Part shown: one piece after another, positions 1 to 9,307 of the stretch
How positions within the stretch are numbered: position 1 is the stretch's first letter
How the letters are laid out: every line of letters starts with the position of its first letter
Assembly (NCBI GenBank): GCA_965216875.1
Contig: OZ244207.1
Span: 2,016,001 to 2,080,000, forward strand
Source: Rubripirellula sp.
Lineage (GTDB): Bacteria > Planctomycetota > Planctomycetia > Pirellulales > Pirellulaceae
DNA length: 64,000 nucleotides
Reading direction: 5' to 3'
The notes under the pieces: model-generated
Told to the model about the DNA's origin: nothing
Seen by the model: only the letters and a program-made list of their open reading frames with translations
Databases searched by the model: none
Program-made: the position numbers and the translations under genes

Positions 1-1359
1 TCGCAGCAACTGGCCTGTGACGAGATTGCTGGCGAAATCGAATCGACCGCGAAGGTTCGCGAGAATGCCAGCGGCGAACACGAGAGTCTGAATCGACAGA
101 TCACCGAAGGCCAACAGCAAGTTGAGACGCTCGAGCTGGAAGCTGCGGAAGTCGATGAGATGCTCTCCGAGACTCAGACGGCCCTGCAGACCGCCACCAG
201 CGGCGTGATGGCGATTTCCGTTGACGTTGCACGCGCCGAACAGAAGCACGAAGCGCTGTCGGCAACGATGGCTCAACAACGTCGCGACCAAGACCAACGC
301 GAGGCGGCAGTTGAAGAAGTGCGCGTCCAAGCTCGCGAAGGGAAAGCCCGCATCAACGAGCTGACCACACGAATCCTTCAAGCGACCGACGAGCTTGCTC
401 AACTGCATTGGGATGCCGATCGAGTCGAGCAGCATCTTAAGACGCTCGCACAGGATGCCGCCAATGTTCGCAGCGAAAATCGAACGATCATGCAGGCGAG
501 CGAACAGGCGATGAAGGATGCAGCGACCGCCAGTGAGACCGTGCATGCGGTGACCTCCCGCCGCGACAATGCAAAGCTACGCCTCGACACATTGGCCGAC
601 CGTTTGCTTGAAGATTACGAGATTGATCTTCGCAATAGTGAGCCGCCGGAAGACTACGAGCCGCCTGAGGACCGTGATGCGGCCGAAGAGGAAATCACAC
701 GGCTACGTTCGCAATTGCAACGCACCAGCAGTGTGAACATGGAAGCTCTTGAAGAGCTCGAGGGATTGCAGGCTCGCTACGACGAATTGCATGGTCAATA
801 CCAAGACTTGACCGCCGCCAAGGATTCCCTGCAACGGATCATCGGCCGCATCAACGCCGACAGTCGGCGACTTTTCTTGGATACCCTCGAAGCGATTCGC
901 CAGAACTTCCAAAAGCTCTATCGCAAATCGTTTGGTGGTGGCCACGCCGACTTGATCTTGGAAGAGAGCGACGACCCGCTCGAAGCCGGCGTCGAGATTG
1001 TAGCCACGCCACCGGGGAAACCGAGCTTTAGTAACTCGCTCCTTTCCGGCGGTGAAAAGGCACTCACGGCCGTAGCGCTTTTGATGTCGATTTTCCAGTA
1101 TCGACCAAGCCCGTTTTGCGTGCTCGATGAAGTCGATGCGCCGTTTGACGAAGCGAACATTGGTCGTTTCGTAACGGTGCTCAATGAGTTTCTCGATCAC
1201 TCGAAGTTTGTTGTCGTGACTCACAGTAAGAAAACGATGACCGCCGCGACCACGCTCTACGGTGTGACGATGCAAGAATCAGGCGTCAGCAAGCAGGTTT
1301 CGATCCGCTTTGAAGACGTCAGCGACGACGGTGAAATCAACGAAGGCGAAGCTGCCTAA
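1..1359 (+). CDS. smc: Chromosome segregation protein SMC, C-terminal part (gene starts upstream of window)
   Basis: Frame open from base 1; coiled coil, then signature LSGGEKAL, Walker B/D-loop PFCVLDEVDAPFD, and VTH...YGVTMQESGVS. Confidence 0.96.
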   Translation, partial: SQQLACDEIAGEIESTAKVRENASGEHESLNRQITEGQQQVETLELEAAEVDEMLSETQTALQTATSGVMAISVDVARAEQKHEALSATMAQQRRDQDQREAAVEEVRVQAREGKARINELTTRILQATDELAQLHWDADRVEQHLKTLAQDAANVRSENRTIMQASEQAMKDAATASETVHAVTSRRDNAKLRLDTLADRLLEDYEIDLRNSEPPEDYEPPEDRDAAEEEITRLRSQLQRTSSVNMEALEELEGLQARYDELHGQYQDLTAAKDSLQRIIGRINADSRRLFLDTLEAIRQNFQKLYRKSFGGGHADLILEESDDPLEAGVEIVATPPGKPSFSNSLLSGGEKALTAVALLMSIFQYRPSPFCVLDEVDAPFDEANIGRFVTVLNEFLDHSKFVVVTHSKKTMTAATTLYGVTMQESGVSKQVSIRFEDVSDDGEINEGEAA

Positions 1360-1374
1360 CGCTACAGGCTTCCT

Positions 1375-1498
1375 AACACTCTCCCTTTGGAGAGTCGGGC
1401 TTTAAGGCCCGGAGAGGGATTGTTTTGTGACACTCATGCCCTCCCCGGACTTCAGCGTCCGACCCTCCCGCGAGCGGGCGGGTGATTGTTGGAACGCG
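1375..1498. repeat. REP/RIME-like palindromic element family A (CCCTCTCC/CCCTCCC), copy 1; internally deleted mini-copy at 1506-1537
   Basis: Near-exact reverse complement of 3776-3897; internal hairpins such as ccctccccggac...gtccgaccctccc. Confidence 0.88.
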
Positions 1499-1597
1499 AT
1501 TCAAAAACACTCTCCCTTGGGGTGATTTTCGGAACGCACGTTTACCTGGGCAAGCACTTCAGCTCATCGTGCCAGTGCTTGAGGTTGAGGACCGGCC

Positions 1598-1969
1598 ATG
1601 ACGGACGAACCTAAATCAGACGCGAGCTCAGACCAGTTTCCCCCTGGATACTCTCGTCCAACTCGCAAAACGCCTCCGTCTTTTCCTAGACGACTCTCGA
1701 TCACTCGGCTGATGCAGGCAACGGCCTGTTGTGCGCTCGCATTCGCTGTCGTTCCCTTAGTCTTTGGTCCAGACGCGCTCATCCTGTACACGCTGATCGG
1801 CCTTCTTGTTGCGTTGGTAGCCGCGAAACACGGTGGTGCAGATGCGGCAGTGAAAGGTTTTATTGTGGGGCTCTTCTTGGTTCCAGTCGTGTTGGTTGCA
1901 GTCGCCCTTTTTGTTGCCATTGTCGCGGCAATCCATCAAGTGGCAGATTCCGTCATGGGCTGGTTCTGA
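1598..1969 (+). CDS. Hypothetical membrane protein
   Basis: 123 aa, three hydrophobic segments, Planctomycete-type RLSITRLM motif; GAGG upstream of ATG. Confidence 0.7.
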   Translation: MTDEPKSDASSDQFPPGYSRPTRKTPPSFPRRLSITRLMQATACCALAFAVVPLVFGPDALILYTLIGLLVALVAAKHGGADAAVKGFIVGLFLVPVVLVAVALFVAIVAAIHQVADSVMGWF

Positions 1970-2119
1970 AAACGGTAAACGCGGGAGACGACAACTCACG
2001 AGCTCGGCTGGGTTGTGACTGATTGACATCAAAGTTGTTTGCCCAAGGCAACGTGTAGTAACATTGGGCAGAACCCATGTCTTGGCCTACTCACATTCAA
2101 ATCAATTTAGAGCCTTAGA

Positions 2120-2569
2120 ATGCTACTTGCAGTTCTTTATGTTTCCGTTGCAACCGTAGCGTCAATTGGTCAGTCGGATCGGTCAGCAGAACAAAGCCAA
2201 CGACTGCTCGAAGGCAGTTGGGAAGCGCACTTGACCGCAAAAGTTTCAGTTTTGATGGAGATCGATGGTGACCAAATCAAGCTCTTTACCGTCCGTGACG
2301 GCCAGAAATCTCATTCATGGAATGGGAAACTGTCTGTTTCGAAGTCCGATGCAGAACGACATTTGGATTGGAAAGATCGCGTTTCGATCAACGGCAAGCT
2401 GCCAGACAATCAATGCCTCTACCGCCTGCTTGGCGACACGTTGTTGCTGATCGGGGGCGGACCGGATCGTCGTCCCGATCGATTTTTGTCAGGGCACGGA
2501 ACCGAACCGAAGACCATGATCTTCACCCGTGTCGAAGAAGGCAGAAAGCAATCTCGCAAGAGACGGTGA
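2120..2569 (+). CDS. TIGR03067-like Planctomycete secreted domain protein
   Basis: Signal peptide; LEGSW...YRLLGDTLLL...RPDRF...MIFTRV pattern. Confidence 0.7.
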   Translation: MLLAVLYVSVATVASIGQSDRSAEQSQRLLEGSWEAHLTAKVSVLMEIDGDQIKLFTVRDGQKSHSWNGKLSVSKSDAERHLDWKDRVSINGKLPDNQCLYRLLGDTLLLIGGGPDRRPDRFLSGHGTEPKTMIFTRVEEGRKQSRKRR

Positions 2570-2663
2570 GACTGTTGGGCCGACGTGCTGTTTGTCTCTC
2601 ACTCTGTTCGTGAACGAACACCCTGCGCACGAGTTTGGTTGGTGGTCGATCGTGTTTCGAAAC

Positions 2664-3320
2664 TTGTTCATCGATAGGTTTTTGATTCGAGTTCTTGCCA
2701 TTAATTTGTTGATCGTGGCAGGCTGCAAGATCGAACAAAAACGCTTCGACCCTCAGCCGGACCGGGCTTTTCTGGAGGACAGGTGGAATGGGTACACGTT
2801 CGACCGCGTTACGGCGCAATATGCGCTTTCGTTGCAAAAACCTGCGCCAGGGCTAAACCGTCGCTCGGGCCAGAGCATTCCGATCGTTTCGAACCAGCCC
2901 GATGCCCCGAGTGATCTGTCGAGCCTGGCCGTTGTTCGACCGACGCACGCACTTGTCTCGCTCGATTTTGTTGCAGGTGTTCCATCGAAATCCAAGGTTA
3001 CGGTGACGGTTCGCTGGCCAGAAGAATCGATTCCTCCGCCAACCAATTCGTGGACAGAAGAAACATTTGAGTCGAACGTCAGATTTGAAGACGTTTGTGA
3101 ACTGCTTAATGAAAGCGAGCAGTTTCGCTGTGATGAAGAAGATCCCTACTACCGGCCATTACGACTGAGCGAGATGCCGACACGATTCGGTTCCGGGGAG
3201 ATGGTTGAACTGCAAATTTCAGGGCCAAACCCAAAGTCTCACTACGAAAGAAGGGTCGAATATCATTCGGGGGCCGTCCTGTGGCGGATTGCGCGACTCG
3301 CATGCCCCGATCTAGGTTAG
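2664..3320 (+). CDS. Hypothetical lipoprotein (start uncertain; ORF open from 2529)
   Basis: Hydrophobic stretch ending in lipobox-like IVAGC; TTG start chosen to avoid overlap with the upstream gene. Confidence 0.55.
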   Translation: MFIDRFLIRVLAINLLIVAGCKIEQKRFDPQPDRAFLEDRWNGYTFDRVTAQYALSLQKPAPGLNRRSGQSIPIVSNQPDAPSDLSSLAVVRPTHALVSLDFVAGVPSKSKVTVTVRWPEESIPPPTNSWTEETFESNVRFEDVCELLNESEQFRCDEEDPYYRPLRLSEMPTRFGSGEMVELQISGPNPKSHYERRVEYHSGAVLWRIARLACPDLG

Positions 3321-3330
3321 GCGACACGAC

Positions 3331-3666
3331 ATGGAAAATTTTCTGTTTGGTCTCGTCGTTGGTTGCTTCCTCACCATTGTCCTCATTCACACGGCACAGT
3401 GGTTCGCGATCATGATTCCTTGGCAGCGCGCGATGATGTCGGGCGCGTCTGTAAGCGTGTTCCAGATTCTTCGGATGCGATTGAAAGGCTGTCCGGTTAC
3501 GTTTCTCGTTGATGCGTACGTTGCCTTCGTACATTCGGGCGAAGAGATCGATCTAGGGCAAGTTGAAGCGTGCTACCTTGCTCGAAAGCACGAGATTCGT
3601 GAGGATGACATGGGCGCATTCCTGAAGATGTTGAAAGAATTTGCAAGAACTGGGCAGAGTCCTTGA
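3331..3666 (+). CDS. Short flotillin-like FloA (YqfA/UPF0365) N-terminal-domain protein
   Basis: TM helix then WQRAMMSGASVSVFQILRMRLKG...QVEACYLA, resembling the FloA N-terminus. Confidence 0.65.
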   Translation: MENFLFGLVVGCFLTIVLIHTAQWFAIMIPWQRAMMSGASVSVFQILRMRLKGCPVTFLVDAYVAFVHSGEEIDLGQVEACYLARKHEIREDDMGAFLKMLKEFARTGQSP

Positions 3667-3748
3667 GCCGCCGGCCGTGAGGCCTCGGGCCCCTCCCAAG
3701 GTATGCTGTAAAATTCAATGCCCGGCCGCTTACGCGATCACGGCTCAA
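3663..3748. repeat. TGAG-type REP doublet
   Basis: Inverted ends TTGAGCCG...CGGCTCAA; the left end contains the TGA stop of the upstream CDS. Confidence 0.65.
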
Positions 3749-3775
3749 GGTTTCTTGCCTGTGAGCGAAGAGACG

Positions 3776-3897
3776 CGCGCTCCAACAATCACCCTCCCGC
3801 TTGCGGGAGGGTCGGACGCAAAGTCCGGGGAGGGAATGAGTTTCGAAAACAAACCCTCTCCGGGCCTTAGAGCCCGACTCTCCCAAGGGAGAGTGTT
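3776..3897. repeat. REP-like family A, copy 2 (inverted relative to copy 1)
   Basis: Reverse complement of 1375-1498; downstream tail to ~3945 matches 44718-44765. Confidence 0.88.
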
Positions 3898-3983
3898 GAC
3901 ATGTGCAGTTTCGAAGGCCATTGGAGGCGCAATTGCAACCTCTAGCACTCGCCAGCCGGTTCTCAGTTTTCGGTGCATGACAG

Positions 3984-4421
3984 ATGATTCGCAACGCCTA
4001 CAACGATCAGCTTTACATCGGTGATGCGATCTCCGCTCGTGATCTGAAGCAGGTTTATGATCATCAGTTCGCGGCCGTTTTGGATTTGGCAGCCAATGAG
4101 CCGCCAGCCGTACTTGGACGCGACATTATTTATTGTCGCTTCCCACTTTCTGACGACGGTTCGAATCGCGACTCGCTTGTCGCAGCCGCGATCGAAACTT
4201 TGTGCTCTCTACTTCGGCGCGAGTACCGTGTGTTGGTCGCGTGCAGCGCCGGGATGAGCCGATCACCTATGATCGCGGCAGCGGCCGTTTCGATCGTGTC
4301 AGGGAAATCGCTCGACGCCTCACTTGCGCAGATCGTTGCCAGCGTGCCCCACGATGTATCACCCGCTCTGTATGCATCTGTCGAGCGCGTCCATGCTAGA
4401 CTGACCGTCACTGATTCATGA
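3984..4421 (+). CDS. Dual-specificity protein phosphatase family protein
   Basis: LYIGD, general-acid PLSD and CX5R P-loop ACSAGMSRS. Confidence 0.85.
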   Translation: MIRNAYNDQLYIGDAISARDLKQVYDHQFAAVLDLAANEPPAVLGRDIIYCRFPLSDDGSNRDSLVAAAIETLCSLLRREYRVLVACSAGMSRSPMIAAAAVSIVSGKSLDASLAQIVASVPHDVSPALYASVERVHARLTVTDS

Positions 4422-4466
4422 TGATTGAGATGGCGACTTTCTGAGCCTGCCGGAGATTCAATAGCT

Positions 4467-5135
4467 GTGCGGACCCTAGCCATTGGCGATATTCATGGTT
4501 GCTTTCGATCGCTTGACGCCTTGGCCTCGTTTGCCGCGTTCGAACCGGATGACCGAATCATCACGCTTGGAGATTATGTTGATCGCGGGCCCGATTCACG
4601 TCGCGTGATCGAATGGCTGGTTGATCGTCAAGCAACGGGTCGACTGATCCCTTTGCGAGGCAACCACGAGCTGATGATGGTCGCCGCTCGTGGCTCGCAA
4701 CAGCACCTTCAAGAGTGGCTATCTTGTGGTGGCAATGCGGTGCTCCGCTCCTATGGCACCGATTGTCTTGATGATCTCCCCGAAGAGCATTGGCGTTTCT
4801 TGACGAAAGCGTTGCGGTCTCACTACTGCGCGAAGTCGCACTTTTATGTTCACGCCAACGCCTATGCAGAGATTCCGATCGACGAACAGCCTGACTATAT
4901 GCTTTATTGGGAATCGTTCGGCAATCCCGCGCCGCACGAGTCAGGGTTGACGATGGTTTGCGGTCACACACCCCAGCGCGATGGGGTACCGTTGTCGGTG
5001 GGGCACGCCATCTGTATCGACACCTGGGCCTGCAGAGGCGGGTGGTTGACCTGTCTTGATGTCGACTCTGGCGTCTGCTGGCAAGCCAATGAATCTGGCG
5101 AAACGCGACGCTTTTGGCTCGAAGAAGGACCGTGA
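4467..5135 (+). CDS. Ser/Thr protein phosphatase (PPP/PrpA-like metallophosphoesterase)
   Basis: GDIHG, GDYVDRG, GNHE, HA, GHTP and IDT motifs; GTG start after GGAG. Confidence 0.92.
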   Translation: MRTLAIGDIHGCFRSLDALASFAAFEPDDRIITLGDYVDRGPDSRRVIEWLVDRQATGRLIPLRGNHELMMVAARGSQQHLQEWLSCGGNAVLRSYGTDCLDDLPEEHWRFLTKALRSHYCAKSHFYVHANAYAEIPIDEQPDYMLYWESFGNPAPHESGLTMVCGHTPQRDGVPLSVGHAICIDTWACRGGWLTCLDVDSGVCWQANESGETRRFWLEEGP

Positions 5136-5253
5136 CGCGATGATTCGATCGAACGCTCTTGAATTCGACAAAACCGCGTTGTGTGTTCGCAATACATCAG
5201 TTCTGGTTTGCCGCTATCCCCGTGATGGATTCCATTTTTTGGTTTGAACACCC

Positions 5254-5772
5254 ATGACCGACTTGAGGCCACGAAGGGAATTCCACTGTTCTCAATGCGG
5301 GGAACATCATGAGATTGCGTTGGCGTTCGGGCCCGCTGCGCCGCTCGGCTACTTTCTTGTTCCCGAGCAGGAACGAGAGCTTCGCTGTGAGTTGACACCG
5401 GATACCTGCTTGGTGGACGAGCAGTTCTACCTCGTCGGCAATCTTGAATTACCGATTCTTGATCGCGACGAGATCTTTTCGTGGGATGTGTGGGTGTCAT
5501 TGAGTCATGAAAACATGCAGCGGGTTCATCAGTTGTGGGAAAGTAAGAGTCGAATCGATGAGCCGCCCTACTTTGGCTGGCTAAGTTCAAGCTTGCCAGG
5601 TTATCCAGAGACGGTTGGACTAAAGACAAATGTGCATACTCGGGCGGTTGGTCGGCGCCCCTTCATTGAGCTCGAACCAACCGACCATCCCTTGGCACTC
5701 GAACAGCGAAACGGGATCGACTGGGAACGAGTCAAGGAAATCGCCCGCATGATCGCCCATCAAGGATCCTAG
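5254..5772 (+). CDS. DUF2199 domain protein
   Basis: CxxCGEHH, WDVWVSLS, YFGWL, GRRP...LEPTDHPLALEQRNGI. Confidence 0.85.
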   Translation: MTDLRPRREFHCSQCGEHHEIALAFGPAAPLGYFLVPEQERELRCELTPDTCLVDEQFYLVGNLELPILDRDEIFSWDVWVSLSHENMQRVHQLWESKSRIDEPPYFGWLSSSLPGYPETVGLKTNVHTRAVGRRPFIELEPTDHPLALEQRNGIDWERVKEIARMIAHQGS

Positions 5773-6031
5773 TCGCTCGAGTGGGCGGCGAAATCCGCGT
5801 GTTTGAATTTGCGATCTATCTCAATGCTCACGACACTCAGGCGACGCGCGAGGAGACTCTGCGCATCCAAACGATTGATCGTTAGACTATCGTGTGAATG
5901 TGCTGCCCGTTGCCGCGACGAAACACGCGTGTTTTGTCGAAGTCAGGAAGCAGAAGTTTGTTTTCGGAGCAAACGTGACGTTTCGTTTCGCCCCGATGCC
6001 GGTTTGACCTTGGAGAATCGACCTGTACCGT

Positions 6032-6502
6032 GTGACACAAGACATTTTCGTTGGACGTTTTGCGTCGAGTGAACGTCTCGTTTCGTTGCGAGAGTTGGGA
6101 GTGACCGACATTCTCAACGTCAGCGACACACCGAGCCAACTCTCTCGAGACGAAGGTCCGTTTCGCTCGGTCACTTGGGTCGACATCGAAGATCGCACGC
6201 TGATTCCGGTTGCTTCGGCGCTACGTGCGATCGACACGCTTCATCGTGCACTCCTAGCGAGCGAGGGACGCGTCTACGTCCACTGCATGGCGGGTTGGAA
6301 TCGATCTCCGACAATCATTTGGCTCTACTTGCTCGCGTGTGGACTTGATCGAGACGATGCCACGCAACGTGTCTGCGCCGAGGCATTCGATGCTGTTCCC
6401 GGGCATCCCCTGCTGGTAGATTCCAACTTGATCGCGACCGTTGGGTCACATGGTCGCGACAACTATTTGCCGCACAAGCGACCGAGCGCGATTTCCTCGT
6501 GA
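6032..6502 (+). CDS. Dual-specificity protein phosphatase family protein
   Basis: ILNV, IED and VYVHCMAGWNRS (HCX5R). Confidence 0.88.
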   Translation: MTQDIFVGRFASSERLVSLRELGVTDILNVSDTPSQLSRDEGPFRSVTWVDIEDRTLIPVASALRAIDTLHRALLASEGRVYVHCMAGWNRSPTIIWLYLLACGLDRDDATQRVCAEAFDAVPGHPLLVDSNLIATVGSHGRDNYLPHKRPSAISS

Positions 6503-6570
6503 AGCGAGAGCCAGGGGACGTCCGGACTGTGCAGGAGCTACTTCGTCCGTTCGCTGTGATCTCCTCTTTC

Positions 6571-6619
6571 CAGCGGCTTTAGCCAGCCCGTTCCACGAAT
6601 CTGTCCGGCGAAACCGCTG
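6571..6619. repeat. REP-like inverted repeat
   Basis: cagcggctttagcc...ggcgaaaccgctg imperfect palindrome in intergenic space. Confidence 0.45.
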
Positions 6620-6748
6620 AACGTCCGTAGCCCAGCGTTAGCAGGGAACAGTGTGTACGTAAAGGGAGTGATTTACTCAAACAAGACTCGCCGCAAAATG
6701 CAAGAATCAGGACTTCCTCTTTTCAACTTTGCTCGCAGGAGAATCACC

Positions 6749-8302
6749 ATGTCTCGAAACTTTGGTCCACGCATTGTGGCCGTCCTTGCACTCTTTGGTG
6801 TTGCCATCGGGATTTGCCAGGACGCCAATGCTCAACAGAAACCCAACATCGTTGTCATCTGGGGCGATGATGTCGGTTGGGGAAACCCCAGTTGCTACAA
6901 CAGCGGCATGATGGGTTATCGCACGCCCAACATTGACCGGCTCGCTCAAGAAGGTGTGCGAATGACCGACTGGTACGGGCAAAACAGCTGCACCGCAGGT
7001 CGCTCGACTTTCATCACTGGCCAAAGTGGGTTCCGTACGGGGCTGTTGAAAGTTGGCTTGCCAGGAGCCAAAGAAGGCATGTCGACTCTCGATCCGACGA
7101 TTGCGGGCTTGCTTAAGAATCATGGCTACATGACCGCCCAGTACGGCAAAAACCATTTGGGTGATCGCGACGAGCATTTACCGTCGAATCATGGCTTCGA
7201 CGAGTTCTTCGGGAACTTGTATCACCTGAATGCCGAACAGGAGCCCGAGCACGCGGACTACCCAAAGGATCCCGCATTCCGCGAGAAGTTTGGTCCTCGT
7301 GGTGTGATCAAGTCCTCGGCGGATGGTGAGATCAAAGATACCGGACCGCTCACAATCAAGCGTATGGAAACGGTCGACGAAGAGATCACTGCCGGCGCAC
7401 TCGATTTTATGGATCGCGCGAAGAAGGCCGACAAGCCATTCTTTCTCTGGTGGAACTCAACCCGCATGCACGTTTGGACTCACCTCAAAGATGCGTCAAA
7501 AGACAAGACGGGATTTGGAGTGTACGCCGATGGGATGGTCGAACATGACGGGCACGTCGGCCAGGTTCTGGACAAACTCGACGAACTCGGGCTGACGGAA
7601 AACACGCTCGTGATGTACTCGACCGACAACGGCGCCGAGTGCTTTACTTGGCCTGATGGGGGCACCACCCCTTTCCGAAACGAAAAGAACTCGAACTGGG
7701 AAGGCGCCTACCGCGTTCCTTGCATCATGCGATGGCCTGGCAAAATCAAGCCGGGCACGGTCAATAACAACATTGGCTCGCACGAAGACATGCTGCCAAC
7801 CATTCTCGCCGCTGCTGGCGAACCGGATGTGAAAGAGAAACTTCTTTCGGGACACCAGGCAATTGGCCGTGACTACAAGGTCCACCTGGACGGTTACAAC
7901 TTGGTGCCTGGCCTGACCGGCGCGGATGTCGAATGGCCGCGCAAGGAGTTTTTCTATTGGACGGATGGTGGCAGTCTGTGCGCATTGCGATACGGACGCT
8001 GGAAAATGGTATTCCAAGAACAGCGGGCGCACGGTTTCGATGTCTGGCAAGAACCTTTCGTGACCTTGCGACTGCCCAAACTCTTCTGCCTCCGCACCGA
8101 TCCGTTCGAACGGGCCGATCACGAAGCGTATCAATACGACGGCTGGCGATTTGATCGCGCGTTTGCGTTTGTGCCGGCTCAGGCGTTCGTGGCAAAACAC
8201 CTTGAAACGTACAAGGAATTCCCACCTCGTCAAAAACCTGGCAGTTTTGCGCTCGACGATGTCCTAAGCGCTCTTCAAACGGCTGCGAATCCGAATAAGT
8301 AG
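6749..8302 (+). CDS. Arylsulfatase (formylglycine-dependent, Cys-type)
   Basis: Signal peptide; PNIVVIWGDD, SCTAGR, GKNHLG, STDNG and EGAYRVP; AGGAG RBS before ATG 6749. Confidence 0.95.
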   Translation: MSRNFGPRIVAVLALFGVAIGICQDANAQQKPNIVVIWGDDVGWGNPSCYNSGMMGYRTPNIDRLAQEGVRMTDWYGQNSCTAGRSTFITGQSGFRTGLLKVGLPGAKEGMSTLDPTIAGLLKNHGYMTAQYGKNHLGDRDEHLPSNHGFDEFFGNLYHLNAEQEPEHADYPKDPAFREKFGPRGVIKSSADGEIKDTGPLTIKRMETVDEEITAGALDFMDRAKKADKPFFLWWNSTRMHVWTHLKDASKDKTGFGVYADGMVEHDGHVGQVLDKLDELGLTENTLVMYSTDNGAECFTWPDGGTTPFRNEKNSNWEGAYRVPCIMRWPGKIKPGTVNNNIGSHEDMLPTILAAAGEPDVKEKLLSGHQAIGRDYKVHLDGYNLVPGLTGADVEWPRKEFFYWTDGGSLCALRYGRWKMVFQEQRAHGFDVWQEPFVTLRLPKLFCLRTDPFERADHEAYQYDGWRFDRAFAFVPAQAFVAKHLETYKEFPPRQKPGSFALDDVLSALQTAANPNK

Positions 8303-8381
8303 CCTTCCAATTACGAGCGGTCGTGGTTTGCATCGCGAACCACGGCCGTATTCTCAACGCTCGAGATCGTGTGTTGGCTAC
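8299..8381. repeat. GTAG-type REP-like element
   Basis: Ends GTAGCC...GGCTAC with internal hairpin cggtcgtggttt...gaaccacggccg; GTAG overlaps the sulfatase TAG. Confidence 0.5.
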
Positions 8382-8407
8382 AGGCGCATGTTCATTCGCA
8401 GGCCGAA

Positions 8408-8469
8408 TGTCGCCTTTCGCTCCGCGAAAGTAGCGTCCACAATCGCAACTTTTGCAGAGCAAAAGGCGA
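8408..8469. repeat. REP doublet (GTCGCCTTTCGCTCCGCGAAAG type)
   Basis: tcgcctttcgctccgcgaaagtagcg pairs with cgcaacttttgcagagcaaaaggcga. Confidence 0.7.
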
Positions 8470-8553
8470 GTGTGCCGAAGCTCGGCACAAAAGCAATCAC
8501 AGCCTCACTGAGTGGGACCTTCGTTTGAAACCCAGCCCTTTGGTGGCCTGTGG

Positions 8554-8582
8554 GAAGATGCCGGCTAAAGGTCGGTACTACG
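8554..8582. repeat. Single GTAGTA-type REP half
   Basis: gaagatgccggctaaaggtcggtactacg nearly identical to 48939-48967. Confidence 0.65.
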
Positions 8583-8717
8583 GCTTGTAGAATCGGAACT
8601 TCACCGTGACCGCGGAATCCTATGCGCGGTCAGTGGGCCCCCGAATCGAAGACACTTTGGTATCATCTGGGGGTCCAATTCGATTCGCCTCTTACCCGCT
8701 CACGCCAAGGTGTCGCA

Positions 8718-9263
8718 ATGGTTGAACTCTGGCTGCCAATCCTCGTCACAACGGTCGCACTTTTCTTCGCGAGTTTTCTCTCGTGGATGGTTGTGAAGCT
8801 GCACGAGAAGGACTGGGTGAAGATGCCGGATGAAGACAAGGTGATCGATGCCGTTCGCGAGGGTGGGATTCCCGAGGGGAACTACATGTTTCCGGGCGCG
8901 AACACGATGAAAGAAATGAACGAGCCGGAATATGTCGCCAAGTACAACGCCGGACCGAGAGGCATCATCACCGTGTTGCCCGCCGCAAACATGGGCAAGA
9001 ATCTTGCACTGACGATGTTCTACTTCTTCGTTTGCAGCGCGACCTTCGCGTATCTCGCCAGTTTTGCCATCGGTGGCGAAGCGACCGACAAACTGACGGT
9101 CTTTCGGTTTGTCGCCACCGTCGCACTACTCACTTTCTGTGCTTCGATTCTGCAACACGCGATTTGGTTCAAGAATCGAGTGGTCGGGCACGTGATTGAA
9201 TCGATCGTCTACGCTCTGATCGCGGGTGGCATCTTTGCGGGCCTTTGGCCAGCGGCCGCGTAG
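8718..9263 (+). CDS. Conserved hypothetical 4-TM membrane protein
   Basis: LWLPIL...ASFLSWM...H..DW...G.YMFP...GP.G; four hydrophobic segments. Confidence 0.8.
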   Translation: MVELWLPILVTTVALFFASFLSWMVVKLHEKDWVKMPDEDKVIDAVREGGIPEGNYMFPGANTMKEMNEPEYVAKYNAGPRGIITVLPAANMGKNLALTMFYFFVCSATFAYLASFAIGGEATDKLTVFRFVATVALLTFCASILQHAIWFKNRVVGHVIESIVYALIAGGIFAGLWPAAA

Positions 9264-9307
9264 CCCTCAGCGATTCGTTTACACGCTGCTCTGAAAGAGA
9301 ACTCTGA

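Noticed and set aside
1375..3897. IS element or classical composite transposon
   Set aside because: No transposase ORF inside and no target-site duplication that I could see.
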